Shown: positions 1 to 8,213 of the stretch, piece by piece | Position numbering within the stretch: position 1 is the first letter of the stretch | Layout: the number at the start of each line of letters is the position of its first letter | Source of the DNA: Patescibacteria group bacterium | Lineage (GTDB): Bacteria; Patescibacteriota; UBA1384; XYA2-FULL-43-10; 1-14-0-10-43-13 | Assembly: GCA_041649155.1 (NCBI GenBank) | Contig: JBAZNP010000001.1 | Span: 173,808 to 237,807, forward strand | Reading direction: 5' to 3' | DNA length: 64,000 nt | Notes under the pieces: generated by a model | The model's input: only the letters and a program-made list of their open reading frames with translations | The model's database searches: none | What the model was told of the DNA's origin: nothing | Program-made: the position numbers and the translations under genes

Positions 1-225
1 GACATTAGAACCGACAACGTAGAGGGAACTGCTAAAGTGACTCTTGAGATATCAAACAAGATCCAGCCCCTACTTAATCGCCCGAATAAAGGGCGAAGGA
101 CCCTGATTAAGGATTTGGACCATTACGTGGGAATGGGACTGACCAGAATAGAAACCTTAATATTTTTAAACAGTCCTGTACCGCATTTGGCTATGAAAAT
201 AGCCAAGGCCAAAGTCTGCCGCTAA
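1..225 (+). CDS. 3'-partial hypothetical protein (ORF open to the window edge)
   Basis: The reading frame is open from base 1 with no stop until 225. A rho-independent hairpin follows. No recognisable motif. Confidence 0.25.
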   Translation, partial: DIRTDNVEGTAKVTLEISNKIQPLLNRPNKGRRTLIKDLDHYVGMGLTRIETLIFLNSPVPHLAMKIAKAKVCR

Positions 226-243
226 CATGCAGAGCTCAAAAAC

Positions 244-280
244 AGCCGCTCAAGCAAAATGCTTGAGCGGCTTCTCTTTA
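244..280. terminator. bidirectional rho-independent terminator between convergent genes
   Basis: AGCCGCTCAAGC-AAAAT-GCTTGAGCGGCT is a 12-bp stem, followed by TCTCTTT. Confidence 0.5.
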
Positions 281-304
281 TAAAAGAATTGTTTTTTGAT
301 ATTT

Positions 305-1081
305 TTATCTGATTCCTGCTTCTTTAACATATTTCCTCATAGTTTCTCTTGCCTCTTCTAATTCCTCGTCCTCGAATGGATCATATTTTATCTTTTCATC
401 GATTTGTTTAGTTTCGACAAAATTTTGAATATAGTAGCGTTTTGCGCCTTGGATTAATTTTCCGATTTCTTCAAAATCTCCAACTTCATGCAAAGGATGA
501 CAGACAGTTGTACGGAATTCATAATCGATGCCGGAGTTCATGATTAAGCTGATTGATTTTTTGATGTTCTGGATTAAGGTATCTTTATCATCTGTCATCC
601 CGACCGAAGCGGAGGGATCTTTTGGCAAGATTTCTCCAATCGTTCGACAAAGCTCACGGGGTCGAAATGACAAACCAGTAGTTTTTGAATATTTACTTAG
701 TGTTGTTTTAATATCCATTGCGATGTAGTCAACATCGCCGCTCGAAATCAGAGGTGCGAGTCCGGTCGGTCTCGAACCATTTGTATCAAGCTTGACCAAA
801 AAACCCATTTCCTTAACTTTATGAATAAATTCGGCGATGTCAGACTGGATCATTGGCTCTCCGCCGGTGATACAAACTGCTTCCAGTTTGCCAATACGGC
901 TTTCTAAAAACGAAAAGAGCTCTCCTTCGTCAAACAATATCCCGCTAAATTTCTCTGGTATTACCAATTCCGGATTATGACAAAAGCCACAACGAAAAGA
1001 ACAGCCACGAGTGAATATCGTGGCTGCCACTTTTCCAGGGTAATCTACCAGAGTTGTCTTTTGTATTCCAGCGATCTGCAT
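305..1081 (-). CDS. nrdG: anaerobic ribonucleoside-triphosphate reductase activating protein (radical SAM)
   Basis: CxxxCxxC radical-SAM motif (GCSFRCGFCHNPE). N-terminus MQIAGIQKTTLVDYPG. C-terminal YEFRTTV region. Lies immediately downstream of nrdD. Start trimmed to the internal Met at 1081 because the longer ORF would overlap nrdD. Confidence 0.85.
   Translation of the reverse strand: MQIAGIQKTTLVDYPGKVAATIFTRGCSFRCGFCHNPELVIPEKFSGILFDEGELFSFLESRIGKLEAVCITGGEPMIQSDIAEFIHKVKEMGFLVKLDTNGSRPTGLAPLISSGDVDYIAMDIKTTLSKYSKTTGLSFRPRELCRTIGEILPKDPSASVGMTDDKDTLIQNIKKSISLIMNSGIDYEFRTTVCHPLHEVGDFEEIGKLIQGAKRYYIQNFVETKQIDEKIKYDPFEDEELEEARETMRKYVKEAGIR
593..620. repeat. in-frame copy of the TGTCATCC...GGAGGGATCT hairpin-repeat family inside nrdG
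   Basis: TGTCATCCCGACCGAAGCGGAGGGATCT has the same termini as the intergenic copies at 8028, 45191, 54776, 61141 and 63959. It encodes KDPSASVGMTDD in the nrdG linker. Confidence 0.5.
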
Positions 1082-1104
1082 ATATTTTGTTTTCAAATGC
1101 TTAG

Positions 1105-3294
1105 TTAAACCAGTACTGCCTGCTCCACTCCGACTATTGGCGCAACCATTTCTTCCGGAGTTGAACACTCAGCCGCTTTATCAACCTTAACCATTTTTCC
1201 ATTTATCATCTTATAAGTTTTTCTGTCCTCAAATTCAGCGCGCTTGCCTTGGTTCCATTGCTGAACCGGTCGAATATAACCAACAATTCGAGAATATACT
1301 TCGGTAGCAGATCCACATTTCTTGCATGTATCAACCCTACCAGCCATGTAACCATGATTTGGACAAACCGAGAAAGTAGGAGTAATTGTGAAGTAAGGAA
1401 GGTGATATTTTTCGCAAATGGTTCTTATGAGAGATTTAATAGATTCGACATCATTAATCTCTTCGCCAATGAATAAGTGAACTACTGTGCCCCCTGTGTA
1501 TTTGACTTGAAGATTGTCCTGCAAATCAAGTACTTCAAAGACATCATCAGTATAATCAACAGGAAGATGTGAGGAATTGGTGTAGTAAGGAGCAGTCTTT
1601 GTTTCCTGATAATTATCTTCGTTAGCGACCATAATGTCGGGATAAAGTTCTTTGTCCAATTTTGCCAATCGGAAAGATGTTCCTTCAGCCGGAGTCGCTT
1701 CAAGGTTGTAATTATTACCTGTTTCGGTTTGATATCCAGCCATTCTTTCGCGCATGAAGTCCAAAACCTCTCTGGCAAACTGTTGGCCTTCAGCAGTGGT
1801 AATATCGCGACCCAAAAGATTTAATACCGCTTCATTCATGCCAAGAAGGCCGATAGTTGAAAAGTGATTGGACCAATACTGCTTGTCGCGCTTTTTAATA
1901 TTTCTCAAATAAAATTTGGTGTAAGGATAAAGTCCGGCATCGGTCATATTTTCAAGAACTTTTCTCTTCATTTCCAAACTCTCTTTTGCTAAATCCATCA
2001 AATAACCAAGATTGTAGAAAAATTCTCTTCTGTCGCGTGATCTGTAACCAAGACGTGGTAAATTAATGGTCACAACCCCAATAGAACCAGTCAATGGATT
2101 AGCGCCAAAGAGTCCGCCGCCGCGCTTGCGAAGTTCACGGTTGTCCAATCTTAGTCGACAACACATACTTCTTGCATCCTCTGGGTTCATATCGGAATTA
2201 ACAAAGTTTGAAAAATATGGAATTCCGTACTTTGCCGTCATTCTCCAGACTGGTTCCAAATCTTTATTGTCCCAGTCAAAATCCTTGGTAATATTGTAGG
2301 TTGGAATCGGGAAAGTAAAAACACGGCCTTTGGCGTCGCCTTCGGCAATTACTTCAGCAAAGACTTCGTTAAACAAATTCATTTCTTTTTGAAAATCTTT
2401 GTAAGTTTCTTTTTGTGGTTTTCCGCCAATGACAACAGGCTGGTCAGCCAATGTCGAAGGGCAAAGCAAATCTAAAGTTACATTGGTAAACGGAGTCTGA
2501 AAACCAACACGAGTTGGAACGTTCATGCCAAACATGAAAGTCTGAAGTTCCTGCTTTACTTCATCACGAGTTAGTTTGTCATAACGAATAAACGGAGCCA
2601 TCAAGGTGTCAAAACTGGAAATTGCCTGTGCGCCGGCAGATTCTCCCTGAAGGGTATAGAAAAAATTAACAAGCTGGCCAAGAGCTGTGCCAAAATGCTT
2701 GGCTGGCTTGCATTCAATTTTACCGGCCGCTCCGGTGAAACCTTCCTGAAGTAAATCCTGCAAATCCCAACCAACACAATAAGTGGAAAGAATATTCAAA
2801 TCATGAATATGCATGTCGCCCTCAGAGTTTGCCCTGCTGATTTCTTCACTATAAATTTTGTGAAGCCAATAGCTCTTAGAAACTTCAGAAGCAATGTAAT
2901 TATTTAGTCCTTGAAGCGAATAGGCCATGTTGGAATTTTCTTTGACCTGCCAGTCAATATTTTCAAGGTATTGATCCATCAAGTCGACTTTTTGGGCTTC
3001 AGCTAGATCACGAAGTTCAGCATGTTTCTGTCGATAAATGATGTAACTTTTTGCAGTGCTTCTGTATTTTGAAGCAAGCAAAATTTCCTCAACAACATCC
3101 TGTATTTCTTCAACAGTAGGGATTCTTCTTCTGATTTTTTCCGGCGCCTTTTCCAAAACTTTTTCGGCAAGCTTGCGAGCAACTTTATCATCAAATTCGT
3201 CGGTTGCTTTACCGGCCTTACCAATAGCAGTAACTAATTTTTCAAAATCAAAATTGACAAGCTTTCCGTCTCGTTTTCTGATTTTTGTGTACAT
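1105..3294 (-). CDS. nrdD: anaerobic ribonucleoside-triphosphate reductase, class III
   Basis: 729 aa. N-terminal ATP-cone (MYTKIRKRDGKLVNFDFEKLVTAIGKAG). C-terminal Zn-ribbon CPNHGY...CKKCG and glycyl-radical region RIVGYIRPV. AGGAGG ribosome-binding site 6 nt upstream of the ATG. Confidence 0.9.
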   Translation of the reverse strand: MYTKIRKRDGKLVNFDFEKLVTAIGKAGKATDEFDDKVARKLAEKVLEKAPEKIRRRIPTVEEIQDVVEEILLASKYRSTAKSYIIYRQKHAELRDLAEAQKVDLMDQYLENIDWQVKENSNMAYSLQGLNNYIASEVSKSYWLHKIYSEEISRANSEGDMHIHDLNILSTYCVGWDLQDLLQEGFTGAAGKIECKPAKHFGTALGQLVNFFYTLQGESAGAQAISSFDTLMAPFIRYDKLTRDEVKQELQTFMFGMNVPTRVGFQTPFTNVTLDLLCPSTLADQPVVIGGKPQKETYKDFQKEMNLFNEVFAEVIAEGDAKGRVFTFPIPTYNITKDFDWDNKDLEPVWRMTAKYGIPYFSNFVNSDMNPEDARSMCCRLRLDNRELRKRGGGLFGANPLTGSIGVVTINLPRLGYRSRDRREFFYNLGYLMDLAKESLEMKRKVLENMTDAGLYPYTKFYLRNIKKRDKQYWSNHFSTIGLLGMNEAVLNLLGRDITTAEGQQFAREVLDFMRERMAGYQTETGNNYNLEATPAEGTSFRLAKLDKELYPDIMVANEDNYQETKTAPYYTNSSHLPVDYTDDVFEVLDLQDNLQVKYTGGTVVHLFIGEEINDVESIKSLIRTICEKYHLPYFTITPTFSVCPNHGYMAGRVDTCKKCGSATEVYSRIVGYIRPVQQWNQGKRAEFEDRKTYKMINGKMVKVDKAAECSTPEEMVAPIVGVEQAVLV

Positions 3295-3308
3295 AACACC
3301 CTCCTGAA

Positions 3309-3430
3309 TTAAGTAGTAAGTTGTAAGTAATAAGTTGTAAGTAATAAGTTGTAAGTAATAAGTTGTAAGTAATAAGTTGTAAGTAATAAGTTGTAAGTAA
3401 TAAGTTGTAAGTAATAAGTTGTAAGTAATT
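3309..3430. repeat. 14-bp tandem repeat array (GTAAGTAATAAGTT, about 8.5 copies) in the nrdD 5' leader
   Basis: Seven perfect units at 3323..3420, plus a degenerate first unit and a partial last unit. Lies between the NrdR boxes and the nrdD ribosome-binding site. Confidence 0.9.
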
Positions 3431-3545
3431 ATTTAAATAGCTGGTTTATAGCTTATTTACTTAATCCTTACTTGCTTAATTCTTGTTCGGTAGTTTCAAT
3501 TATAGCTTTCGCCTTATGTTCGGTCAAATTTACAAAATGGATTAA

Positions 3546-3561
3546 ACACTATATGTAGTAC
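3546..3561. promoter_or_regulatory. NrdR box 1 upstream of nrdDG
   Basis: ACACTATATGTAGTAC matches the 16-bp NrdR-box palindrome consensus acaCwAtATaTwGtgt. Two copies with 33-bp centre spacing, as is typical for tandem NrdR boxes. Confidence 0.55.
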
Positions 3562-3578
3562 AGATCACACACCTAAAA

Positions 3579-3594
3579 ACACTATATGTAGTAC
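3579..3594. promoter_or_regulatory. NrdR box 2 upstream of nrdDG
   Basis: Second identical 16-mer, ACACTATATGTAGTAC. Confidence 0.55.
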
Positions 3595-3798
3595 TATTGT
3601 TGATAATCTTATCAACAAGTAAAATTAACTAATTCCAGACTAAATATTTTAATTATTTAAAATAATATTATTAAAGGCTTTGTAAAAAAATATTAAAACC
3701 CTCAAGGTATAAACTAGTTATTAGCAGGTTAGTAATTAGTTTTTAGAAAAATTAAAAACTCGCCGAAGACGAGTCAATAAGTTAATAAGGCAATATTT

Positions 3799-5343
3799 TT
3801 ACTGTTTACTGACAGTAATTGTAGCTTCGCTTACGTTTCCTGCTGCATCATAGGCTTTGGCCTTAAAAATGTAATCCCCCGAATGTCCAACGAACCATGC
3901 AATCTTTATCCCGATGTAACCGCTATTCTGAGTCGCCAGAAGTTGAGTTCCTGCATAAAATTCCATCTTAACCACGTTCCTATTATCAGTTGCGCGTGCT
4001 TCAAGAATCAATTCTCCACCCGTCCAAGGATGAGGATTATCTGTTGGGTTAAAAATTGTAACAACTGGATTCTCGGTATCAATTTCGTTATTACTAAAAG
4101 TCACAGAGACAGAACTTTCAGCACTTTGGCTGCTATCATAAGCGACTGCTCTCAATGCATAATTGCCATCACTATACGCCCCCGTATTAACTGTTGTTTC
4201 ATATGGGGCAGCTGCATCCTCAGCAATCAGATCATTATTAACATAAAAACCAACCTTTACAACCCCGACATTATCCGAAGCCGAAGCTTTTAGGGTAACT
4301 GATCCCGTAAGTGAAGATCCAATCGATGGCTGCGTAATAGATACAACAGGCGGAGTGGTATCTGAAATTGGCTCAGCGACACTTCCTCCTGAAGCAGATG
4401 TAGCAAGATTGCTTAACCAAGTTTTAGTTGTAACCGACGGATAACCATGGACTTCGCTCATCGCATGATATCCGTAGCCGGAGTAAAAATAAGAATAATC
4501 TTCAGCGATAATTTCAACTTCGCAATTGCCCCATCCGAGAGAATAATCCGTAGCAGTGGCTGCTTTGGAAAGATGACGAGTAGAGTAATAACTGTCAGGA
4601 AATCTGACGCCGGCCGGCAAGTTCAAATCAACCCATTTGTGGTAAAGAGTATAATGATGACCATATTCGTGGGAAAGAACCAGCTTCATGTAATCATAAA
4701 ATTGCGGAGAATCCTTATGATAGTAAACGTTTAAAACTATGTAGCCAAACGCCGAAACAATATCTCCGCTGGAATTAGTTGAATAAGAAGCTTGATATTG
4801 ACCCTCCCAACCAGTATCACCGGCATTCCTGATAGTGATCTGGTACATGTAGCTTACTTCACTACTCCACTTAAGCTGAGAATTTAAATAATCTTTTAAT
4901 GTTTTTTCAAGTGCTGGATAGCTGCCCGTTTCATCGGAATATCTAATACTATAGGGCGAAGCTCCGGTAGGACCAAGACTTGCGATGCTGCTTAACTCCG
5001 ATGAATTTCCACCACCATCAGAAACTAATGTGGTTTTACTCCCGTCAGAATTGGTTGTTGTGTTTCCTGTAATTTTGCTTGAAGCTGAATGCTTAGGAGG
5101 CTCTTGAGCTATAGTGCTGGTTGTTACAGGAGCACTAATCGTAGCTCCTAATTCCGTTGGCATTTGGGTTGTGTCTGTGACTACCGTTTCCTCAATTTTT
5201 GCTGGTTGTCGTCCAAAAGCAGCTTTTACAGAATTCCAAAGACTGCGATCAAAGTAAAAAGTCGCCGAAACAGCCGTTACAATAAATACAAAGGCTATTA
5301 AAAATATGGCAATTTTTTTATCGAATCGATCGGCCCTCAACAT
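3799..5343 (-). CDS. membrane-anchored or secreted HExxH zinc metalloprotease-like protein with C-terminal Ig-like repeats
   Basis: N-terminal TM helix, Ser/Thr-rich linker, HEYGHHYTLYH (HExxH), and two similar C-terminal repeats (VTLKASASDNVGVVKVGFYVNN and TDNRNVVKMEFYAG). Confidence 0.55.
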   Translation of the reverse strand: MLRADRFDKKIAIFLIAFVFIVTAVSATFYFDRSLWNSVKAAFGRQPAKIEETVVTDTTQMPTELGATISAPVTTSTIAQEPPKHSASSKITGNTTTNSDGSKTTLVSDGGGNSSELSSIASLGPTGASPYSIRYSDETGSYPALEKTLKDYLNSQLKWSSEVSYMYQITIRNAGDTGWEGQYQASYSTNSSGDIVSAFGYIVLNVYYHKDSPQFYDYMKLVLSHEYGHHYTLYHKWVDLNLPAGVRFPDSYYSTRHLSKAATATDYSLGWGNCEVEIIAEDYSYFYSGYGYHAMSEVHGYPSVTTKTWLSNLATSASGGSVAEPISDTTPPVVSITQPSIGSSLTGSVTLKASASDNVGVVKVGFYVNNDLIAEDAAAPYETTVNTGAYSDGNYALRAVAYDSSQSAESSVSVTFSNNEIDTENPVVTIFNPTDNPHPWTGGELILEARATDNRNVVKMEFYAGTQLLATQNSGYIGIKIAWFVGHSGDYIFKAKAYDAAGNVSEATITVSKQ

Positions 5344-5353
5344 TCCCTCCTCG

Positions 5354-5390
5354 CCCCGTTTGATAGCGCAAAGCGGCTATCTAACTGGGG
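5354..5390. repeat. conserved leader hairpin, copy 1 (CCCCGTTTGATAGCGCAAAGCGGCTATCTAACTGGGG)
   Basis: Imperfect long hairpin immediately 5' of the ribosome-binding site of the 3799..5343 gene (minus-strand sense). Related copies at 47577 and 54888. Confidence 0.6.
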
Positions 5391-5394
5391 CATA

Positions 5395-5964
5395 TCAAAT
5401 TACTGATTCAACAATTCTCAGTAATTCCTGTTGCGCTTTTTGCAAATCATCATTTATTATCACGTAATTATACTGACCCTTATAGCTCATTTCTAAATCA
5501 TATCGATTTGCTCTGTCTTGTATCGCATCCTCCGAATCGGTTCCTCTTTTTTTCATTCTCGCTATCGCTTCTTTCCTACTTGGAGGCACAATAAAAAAAG
5601 ATAGGATATTATAATCTTCTTTAAATTTTACCAAGCCTTTAACGTCGATATTCATCACTGGAATTTTTCCAGCTTCTACGATTTTTTCTAAATCAGATTT
5701 TTTTCTGCCATAGCGACATTCATCACGGACCATTTCCCATTCCATAAACTCATCATTTTCTATTGCCTTGGAGAATTCTTCCCGACTAATGAAATGATAA
5801 GTTTCTCCGGGAATATCGTCTTCTCTTTGTAATCGATCGGTGTATGAAACAAAAAAAGAAAATCTGTCCGGATATTTTTTAAAAATCTCCATGACAGAAT
5901 TCTTACCAGCGCCACCAACACCCGATATTGCTATTATCGACTTATTTTTTAGGTCCATCTTCAT
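5395..5964 (-). CDS. gmk: guanylate kinase-like nucleoside monophosphate kinase
   Basis: P-loop ISGVGGAGKNS. An SYTDR motif corresponding to the GMK S(T)TTR motif. About 190 aa. Confidence 0.5.
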   Translation of the reverse strand: MKMDLKNKSIIAISGVGGAGKNSVMEIFKKYPDRFSFFVSYTDRLQREDDIPGETYHFISREEFSKAIENDEFMEWEMVRDECRYGRKKSDLEKIVEAGKIPVMNIDVKGLVKFKEDYNILSFFIVPPSRKEAIARMKKRGTDSEDAIQDRANRYDLEMSYKGQYNYVIINDDLQKAQQELLRIVESVI

Positions 5965-6260
5965 TGTTTTTAGTATAACAATAAAATTAACCTAAATAAA
6001 CAAATTTTTAAGACAATTTAGGTTTTTTTACGCCAAAATAAAAACTTATTTATCATATGTTTAAATTTGGAAACACGATGGAAGGGAAATTTTCCGGCAA
6101 TTTCCTTCTGCTTTTCCGCTCGCTTCGGTTGTTTTTTGGCATCTCTGTTACGCATAATTTTAAATGAATTAATTAATTTAATATTAGCTCTTTTAGAATG
6201 GTTATCAATTTATAAAATTACATTCTATAAATCAGTTAAATATAGTAGAATTAATTTAAT

Positions 6261-6923
6261 ATGAAAAAGCTTTTATTAAAAGAAATTACGCTCATTGCCC
6301 TGTTGTCCGCTTTAGTTTTAATCATCGGCCTTTCTGTCTTGGTTTATTTTCATCCTGTAATGAAATTCGACGTTACTCTTTCCCACGAATTGCAAGCCGA
6401 GGGCGATTCGACTTTAAACAAAACTTTGCTCTCACACGTACTTTCTTTCATCAGTTTTATAGGGAGAACTACTGTCGCCGGATGGATTGTTTTAGGGTTT
6501 GCCACTCTCTTTTTTGCATTAAAATATTATCGCGAAGCGATTTATTGCCTTATCACTCCTTTTGCCGTAATTCTAAGTTCTGCATTTAAAATTTTAATGA
6601 ACAGGCCTCGCCCCGACCAGAGCCTTGTCTATGTATTGGACAATCAGTTAAGTCCAAGCTATCCGAGCGGACATGTTGTATTTTTCACTGTTTTCTTTGG
6701 ATACTTAATCACAACCATGTTTTTTACAAAAAAAATACCCCGATCACTCAGAGTATTAATTATTGCTATATCTTCAATTTTAATTATTCTAGTCTCAGTT
6801 TCCAGAATATATCTGGGTGCTCATTGGCTTACAGACGTTATCGCCGGATATTTATTCGGCATAATTTTTCTTTCGATTTTGCTCTACTTTTACATAAGAA
6901 AATTCGTGGAAGTAGAAAATTAA
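6261..6923 (+). CDS. PAP2-family phosphatase (phosphatidic acid or undecaprenyl-PP phosphatase-like) membrane protein
   Basis: PAP2 signature motifs: KILMNRPRP, PSGH, and SRIYLGAHWLTDV. Multiple TM segments. Confidence 0.8.
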   Translation: MKKLLLKEITLIALLSALVLIIGLSVLVYFHPVMKFDVTLSHELQAEGDSTLNKTLLSHVLSFISFIGRTTVAGWIVLGFATLFFALKYYREAIYCLITPFAVILSSAFKILMNRPRPDQSLVYVLDNQLSPSYPSGHVVFFTVFFGYLITTMFFTKKIPRSLRVLIIAISSILIILVSVSRIYLGAHWLTDVIAGYLFGIIFLSILLYFYIRKFVEVEN

Positions 6924-6932
6924 TACTCTGAT

Positions 6933-7445
6933 CTATTTTTCTGATACGTGAAAAATCAAGGTGTCTTTTAGGACATTGATTAGCTCGCTCTCAATAAATT
7001 CAGGTGTAATCTGCAAAGCATCGTACTCTCCATAAGATCCAATACTTCCTCCTTCTCCCGGAACCATGGTAGAAACCATTACATTGACTTTTTTAGCATA
7101 ATTATTTGATACGAATGAAACATATGGTGCTGATTCTGGTTTGCGAAATTCGGGTGCCATGCTTGAAGGATAAATGCTAAAAGTCATATGAGCTGGATGA
7201 AAACAGGCAGTGGCATCAACAAATTCTTTTTCTTCACTGACATGATAGTCCTGACCATATTTAGTCAACTCATTACCAACTTCTACAAGCACCGGCCAGA
7301 TTATTTCATGTTTTAACTTCTCAAACTCTTCAACAAATTTGGCTTGGGCTTTTTTTTCTTCTTCTTTTTTTGTCACTAATCCAGCCTGATCGTTCTGATA
7401 CAGACTCATTAATTTTCCTAGTTCTTCCTTGTTTTGTTCCAACAT
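6933..7445 (-). CDS. hypothetical protein
   Basis: ORF trimmed to the Met at 7445 (MLEQNKEELGK...) to avoid overlapping the upstream cupin gene. No recognisable domain. Confidence 0.4.
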   Translation of the reverse strand: MLEQNKEELGKLMSLYQNDQAGLVTKKEEEKKAQAKFVEEFEKLKHEIIWPVLVEVGNELTKYGQDYHVSEEKEFVDATACFHPAHMTFSIYPSSMAPEFRKPESAPYVSFVSNNYAKKVNVMVSTMVPGEGGSIGSYGEYDALQITPEFIESELINVLKDTLIFHVSEK

Positions 7446-7497
7446 GATACTCCTTTTGGAATTGTTATATATTACTATATGATGGAATGTAAACTTG

Positions 7498-7932
7498 CTA
7501 TTTCCAACCACGATTTTCCTCTGTGCGCATCTCCCCTGTTTCATCTGAACGATTATTGTCATCTTCTAAACGAATAGTATTGCCGATTTCGGGAGTTGAG
7601 GATTCAACAAAAATAATGTCGGTTACTGCTGAAACACGATGAATTTGGCCTGGCTGCATAAAATAACCTTTATTCAACTCCATCGAAATCTCAATTGTTT
7701 TGCAATTCTTGTCACCCAAAGTTATTTTTGCTTCACCTTTGATTAAACATAATGCTTCTATTTTTTCATCATGATATTGAAGGCTTAATCTTTTTCCGGC
7801 ATTAACATGAATAATTTTTCCGACAACCGGAGCATCTTCCGGCGTAAAGATAATTTCATAGCCCCAAGGCTTATTTATCTTTTCGCAGAAAGGAGATGTG
7901 GCAAATTTTGTTAGATCAAATTGATTTTTCAT
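7498..7932 (-). CDS. cupin-domain protein (mannose-6-phosphate isomerase type II C-terminal-like)
   Basis: Cupin motifs around PWGYEIIF...HVNAGKRLSLQYHDEKIEALCLIKGEA. Confidence 0.6.
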   Translation of the reverse strand: MKNQFDLTKFATSPFCEKINKPWGYEIIFTPEDAPVVGKIIHVNAGKRLSLQYHDEKIEALCLIKGEAKITLGDKNCKTIEISMELNKGYFMQPGQIHRVSAVTDIIFVESSTPEIGNTIRLEDDNNRSDETGEMRTEENRGWK

Positions 7933-8027
7933 TTAATTAATATCCTTACTTTTTACTGCTTTCATAATAAGTAAAAATCAATCACAATACAAATTTTATT
8001 TCCCCCATCATCCTCGCTTCTCTCCTC

Positions 8028-8053
8028 TGTCATCCCCGCGAAGGCGGGGATCC
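8028..8053. repeat. TGTCATCC...GGATCC hairpin element (TGTCATCCCCGCGAAGGCGGGGATCC)
   Basis: Perfect 8-bp stem ATCCCCGC/GCGGGGAT with a GAAG loop. A member of the repeat family. Confidence 0.6.
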
Positions 8054-8137
8054 AGAAAAATACTTGCATTATTTACATATTGAGAGTTTTTTGATAGAAT
8101 TTGACTGTCTTAATTCAAAAGATGTTTTTTAAATTAT

Positions 8138-8213
8138 TCCCCGATAGCTCAATTGGCAGAGCGCTTCGCTGTTAACGAAGATGTTACTGGTTCGAGTCCA
8201 GTTCGGGGAGCCA
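8138..8213 (+). tRNA. tRNA-Asn (anticodon GTT)
   Basis: Cloverleaf by eye: acceptor TCCCCGA/TCGGGGA, anticodon arm CTTCG-CTGTTAA-CGAAG, T-arm ACTGG-TTCGAGT-CCAGT, encoded CCA. An extended -10 element (TGATAGAAT) lies about 40 bp upstream. Confidence 0.85.

Noticed and set aside
528-728. 66-aa plus-strand ORF inside nrdG
   Set aside because: It is antisense to a well-supported radical-SAM gene and overlaps the in-frame repeat. It has no ribosome-binding site.
3309-3430. Possible CRISPR array
   Set aside because: The units are only 14 bp, perfectly tandem and without spacers. This is a simple tandem repeat, not a CRISPR array.
6067-6264. 65-aa ORF in the AT-rich spacer upstream of the PAP2 gene
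   Set aside because: Low-complexity AT-rich promoter region with no ribosome-binding site. Likely spurious.
6933-7562. Longer 209-aa version of the hypothetical gene overlapping the cupin gene by 65 nt
   Set aside because: The internal Met at 7445 removes the overlap. The upstream extension (MTIIVQMKQGRC...) looks non-coding.
8184-8213. Possibility that the recombinase/tRNA overlap is an ORF-calling artefact
   Set aside because: The recombinase reading frame genuinely runs to a stop inside the tRNA. This is an arrangement known from integrative elements whose attP lies in the int 3' end. It is kept as real.
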